NCBI GenBank assembly: GCA_038886995.1
Contig: JAWALG010000023.1
Location: 1 to 19,350 of the forward strand
Reading direction: 5' to 3'
Length of the DNA: 19,350 nt
DNA from: Candidatus Iainarchaeum sp.
Lineage (GTDB): Archaea; Iainarchaeota; Iainarchaeia; Iainarchaeales; DTGL01
The position numbers were made by a program, and so were the translations under genes. The stretch's first letter is position 1, and every line of letters starts with the position of its first letter. The notes under the pieces are model-generated. The model saw nothing but the letters and a program-made list of their open reading frames with translations, did no database searches and was not told where the DNA came from. This document shows, one piece after another, positions 16,550 to 19,350 of the stretch.

Positions 16550-16819
16550 ATGGGTGACACAAAAATAAACTATGTAATTGATATTTTGCTGATTATTCTT
16601 TTTTTAGTAGTAGCTATATCTGGCATAATTCTGTTCTTGTTCTTGCCAAGAGGCGCTGGAAGGCAGGGCATTAACAATTTTTTTGGCATCGAGAGACACG
16701 TGTTAGCTGACTTGCATAACTGGGTGGGTTTAATCTTCACGTTAATAATGCTTGTTCACATAGTTCTGCACCTAAGATGGCTTTGCGAAATGAGTAAGTG
16801 TTACCTAAAGCTAAAATGA
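16550..16819 (+). CDS. DUF4405-like small membrane protein (two TM helices, conserved His)
   Basis: NY.IDILL...ISGI, DLHNWVG...HIVLHLRW. Probable start ATG 16550; GTG 16535 is the alternative. Confidence 0.75.
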   Translation: MGDTKINYVIDILLIILFLVVAISGIILFLFLPRGAGRQGINNFFGIERHVLADLHNWVGLIFTLIMLVHIVLHLRWLCEMSKCYLKLK

Positions 16820-16845
16820 TCCCATACCGGCAGGAGAATTAATAA

Positions 16846-17400
16846 ATGATTTGTAGAGAAGAAGCTATTAAGTTAATAAAAAAGAATATAAGCGATGACA
16901 AGCTGATAAAACACATGTTAGCAGTAGAAGCAATAATGAGGGCGCTGGCAATAGAAATTAAAGAAAGTGAAGAGGTTTTTGCACTTACTGGTTTGATTCA
17001 TGACCTTGATTTTGAAAAAACTAAAGATATGCGAGAAGCGCATGGCAAACTTGCTGTTGAGATTTTGGGAGATAATATAAGTGAAGAAATAAGGCACGCT
17101 ATCCTAGCGCATAATTTTGAAAGAACAAAAGTCGAGCCAAAGAGCAAATTAGATTATGCTCTGATAGCTAGTGATGCAATATCTGGCCTAATCATAGCAT
17201 GTGCACTTATTTTACCATCTAAAAGATTGGATGATGTTACGCCTGAATTCGTTTCCAATAGATTCAAGCAAAAAGATTTTGCAAGAAACTGCAGAAGAGA
17301 AAGGATGCTATTTTGCAGAGAGGTCGGTGTATCTGAAGAACGCTTCTTCATGATCTCCTTGAAAGCAATGCAAAGTATTTCAAAAGAACTTGGATTGTGA
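16846..17400 (+). CDS. HD/HDIG-domain metal-dependent phosphohydrolase
   Basis: KHMLAVEAIM, GLIHDLDFE, HG, AILAHN, DAISGLI.A.ALI.PSK and F.QKDFA. SD GGAG upstream. Confidence 0.88.
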   Translation: MICREEAIKLIKKNISDDKLIKHMLAVEAIMRALAIEIKESEEVFALTGLIHDLDFEKTKDMREAHGKLAVEILGDNISEEIRHAILAHNFERTKVEPKSKLDYALIASDAISGLIIACALILPSKRLDDVTPEFVSNRFKQKDFARNCRRERMLFCREVGVSEERFFMISLKAMQSISKELGL

Positions 17401-17417
17401 ACAGCGTAGGCATAACC

Positions 17418-17425
17418 TTTAAATA
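17418..17425 (+). promoter_or_regulatory. TATA box for the 17449 gene (leaderless)
   Basis: TTTAAATA ends about 23 nt upstream of ATG 17449. Confidence 0.5.
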
Positions 17426-17448
17426 CAGGTAACTATTATTATCTATTG

Positions 17449-17682
17449 ATGCCAGAAGAGTTGCTTTTGCCAAAAAAACAGCAGGAGAAAATTATAAAGA
17501 GGATTGAAGAAAAGCACGATGAGCTAAAGGGTCTTCTCGAAAGCTTAAACAAAGAGATGGAGATACTGAATAAGGCAAGAGCCAAAGCTAAAATTGAAAA
17601 GCAATCCTTCTTTTCAAATAAGAATGAGCCATTTTTAGAGCTTATAGATGTGCCTCCGCTCAAGATACTGAAAGAAAAGTAA
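17449..17682 (+). CDS. Small hypothetical coiled-coil protein
   Basis: 77-aa K/E/L-rich helical ORF that fills the gap, has a promoter upstream and lies 12 nt before the next gene. Confidence 0.65.
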   Translation: MPEELLLPKKQQEKIIKRIEEKHDELKGLLESLNKEMEILNKARAKAKIEKQSFFSNKNEPFLELIDVPPLKILKEK

Positions 17683-17694
17683 AGAGCTGATTGA

Positions 17695-18051
17695 ATGCTC
17701 AAAAACCTCAGCAAAAAGAGCACTATAATAGCGAAGGTGCACCTTGCAGAGAGCTACTTTTCCAAGATGCGCGGACTGATGTTTGAGCGCAAAAAGAACT
17801 TTGACTATGCTCTTGTGCTCTGCTTAGACGAAGAATCAAGGCTTAAAGCAAGCATACACATGTTATTTGTGTTTTTTCCAATTGCAGTTTTTTTTCTTGA
17901 TAGCCATAAGAAGGTTGTTGACAAAAAATTGATGAAACCTTTTTCACTAAATTACACCCCAAAAAAAGCAAGCAAGTACATCGTTGAGTTGCCTTCCGAA
18001 AAGATAAATGGTGCTGAGGTTGGTGACGTATTGTCTTGGAGCCAAGATTAA
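17695..18051 (+). CDS. DUF192 family protein
   Basis: AESYFSKMRGLMF, IHMLFVFFPIAVFFLD, YIVELP and VGD motifs. Confidence 0.88.
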   Translation: MLKNLSKKSTIIAKVHLAESYFSKMRGLMFERKKNFDYALVLCLDEESRLKASIHMLFVFFPIAVFFLDSHKKVVDKKLMKPFSLNYTPKKASKYIVELPSEKINGAEVGDVLSWSQD

Positions 18052-18073
18052 ACAGATGGCATTAAGCGCAGGT

Positions 18074-18158
18074 AAAAATTAGAGGAGGAGCAGAGCCCCT
18101 CCTTTGCCTTTTGCCTCCTCCTTTGGGAAAGAAGTCGGATTGCTTCCCACCACCCAAT
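18074..18158 (-). ncRNA. Candidate structured small RNA of unknown family
   Basis: GC-rich intergenic island with two hairpins. A TTTTATATA box lies about 25 nt upstream and a T5 run lies downstream on the minus strand. Confidence 0.4.
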
Positions 18159-18178
18159 AATAATTATATTAGCCAACC

Positions 18179-18210
18179 TTATATATAAAACATGTAGTTT
18201 TGCAAAACTA
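18179..18210 (-). promoter_or_regulatory. TATA box plus 16-bp perfect palindrome
   Basis: TTTTATATATAA on the minus strand (18190-18179) and TAGTTTTGCAAAACTA (18195-18210). Confidence 0.5.
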
Positions 18211-18234
18211 ACTTTTGCCCAATCTGTCTTTTAG

Positions 18235-19116
18235 TTAAATTAACTCGTTGGTCCCAATATTGACGCATTCAAAGCAAGAGATTTTTCCAAAAACTACCTT
18301 AATTCCTTCATTTCTAAGCTTTTTTGCCTTTCCTTTAGAACCAAACTTATAGCCGCCCAAGGAACCGTCACTTTTGACTATGCGATGGCATGGAACACTT
18401 TCAAATGGGTTCTTTTTCAACGCAATGCCCACGGCCCTATATGCTTTTGATCCAATCGTAGATGCTATTCCCTTGTAGGTTGCGACGCGCCCTTTTGGCA
18501 CTTTCTTAACTATGCTGTATACTTTCTCAGAAAACTCGCTAACATAAAGCAAATTGCTTTCTATGTATTCCCACACACTTGGCTCAAGAAATTTCTTTGC
18601 ACTGTTGCCTTTTCTTATCTCTTCCCTTATGCGTTTCGAAGAAATAAAATCAATTGCGCTTTCGAGCACTTTTGCTTTTATTTTTCTTAGGACATCTTTC
18701 CTTAACTTGATGCCTTTTATTGGCACAACGACAAAACTTGTTTCTTGTGCAAGATCATTAAATTTATACCAGCGCGGAAGTTCGGGAAGCAAGTCCGAGC
18801 CAATTACCCAACAAAATTCCTTTTCTGGATTCCTTCTCTTAAGCTCTCTAATGGTTTCTATAGTTGTGTTTGGCTTTTTCATGTTTGCTGCAAGCTCTTT
18901 TTCAATGAGACAAAGTTTGAACCTTTTTTCACCTTTTATGCAAAGCTTTATCATCTCAACCCTGTGATCAAAGCTTATCAGTTCTGGCTTAAAAAAATGC
19001 CTGTAGCAGGGTACAAACCAAACTCCACTGCAAAGCCCACTGCTAAGCACTAACCTTGCAGCACGCAAATGGCCTTTATGTATTGGGTTGAAACTCCCGC
19101 CAAAAACAGCAATCAT
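18235..19116 (-). CDS. nadD: Nicotinate-nucleotide adenylyltransferase fused to an O6-alkylguanine-DNA alkyltransferase (MGMT) C-terminal domain
   Basis: FGGSFNPIHKGH, WFVP, R.EM, T.ET, IGSD...L..W, ISS..IR and YI..N.LY, then in frame VPKGRVATY...RAVG...VPCHRIV..DG.LGGY...EG. Confidence 0.9.
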   Translation of the reverse strand: MIAVFGGSFNPIHKGHLRAARLVLSSGLCSGVWFVPCYRHFFKPELISFDHRVEMIKLCIKGEKRFKLCLIEKELAANMKKPNTTIETIRELKRRNPEKEFCWVIGSDLLPELPRWYKFNDLAQETSFVVVPIKGIKLRKDVLRKIKAKVLESAIDFISSKRIREEIRKGNSAKKFLEPSVWEYIESNLLYVSEFSEKVYSIVKKVPKGRVATYKGIASTIGSKAYRAVGIALKKNPFESVPCHRIVKSDGSLGGYKFGSKGKAKKLRNEGIKVVFGKISCFECVNIGTNELI

Positions 19117-19349
19117 CTTATCACAACAGGCCTTTTCTTTTTATGTTCGTTCTTTTTTATAAGCAGACAAATCTTCCTTGCATAAGCAGGCAATTTTTTT
19201 CTGCCTTCTATTACTTTTCGATTTTTGCTCTCAAGTTGTATTAGTAGTTTGTCTATTTGCCCATAGCTTGCTCCGAGCTCCCCTTCGTCTGTTTGACCTT
19301 TCCAGAAGCCAGCACTTGGCTTTTTTTTCAAAATTCGCTTGGGAACTGA
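19113..19349 (-). CDS. nadE: NAD+ synthetase, C-terminal part (gene starts beyond the window)
   Basis: KKPSAGFWKGQTDEGELGASY..ID and the terminal EHK. The frame is open to the window end and overlaps the nadD start (ATGA). Confidence 0.9.
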   Translation of the reverse strand, partial: SVPKRILKKKPSAGFWKGQTDEGELGASYGQIDKLLIQLESKNRKVIEGRKKLPAYARKICLLIKKNEHKKKRPVVIR

Positions 19350-19350
19350 A

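Noticed and set aside
18066-18155. Resemblance of the GC island to SRP RNA (CAGG...AGCAG) or a c-di-GMP-I riboswitch (GGCAAA)
   Set aside because: There is no GNRA-capped SRP helix 8 between the motifs, no GAAA tetraloop/receptor layout, and no downstream gene in riboswitch orientation.
1-19350. CRISPR array, transposase/integrase, rRNA or defence genes
   Set aside because: No spaced repeats and no matching protein motifs were seen; nearly all the sequence is explained by the genes listed.

Overview
A gene-dense, AT-rich archaeal chromosomal segment. The archaeal tRNA-Gln (A1-U72), FBP aldolase/phosphatase, geranylgeranyl reductase, TATA-type promoters and GGTGA-type Shine-Dalgarno (SD) sites show the domain. 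A DPANN lineage such as Diapherotrites/Iainarchaeota is plausible but is only inference. In order, the window holds: the end of a surface protein with a PE(L)-TM-basic sorting tail; a minus-strand nucleotide-sugar cluster (ugd, fbp, a sugar-1-P nucleotidyltransferase, UDP-glucuronate decarboxylase, an alpha/alpha-toroid protein); a divergent ribbon-helix-helix (RHH)/degenerate nucleotidyltransferase fusion followed by an intact paralogue and hpt; a minus-strand MTA deaminase/phosphorylase pair followed by an uncalled 13-aa ORF with a strong SD; a 1046-aa FN3/Ig surface protein strongly enriched in D-x-N; GGR plus flavodoxin; tRNA-Gln(TTG); uppS; DUF4405, HD, hypothetical and DUF192 genes; a GC-rich candidate small RNA with a TATA box and a 16-bp palindrome; a NadD-MGMT fusion; and the end of nadE. 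No mobile element or CRISPR array is visible. The best candidates for undescribed biology are the RHH-pseudo-nucleotidyltransferase regulator, the NadD-alkyltransferase fusion, the D-x-N motif, the 13-aa peptide and the small RNA. All calls were made by eye, with no database searches.
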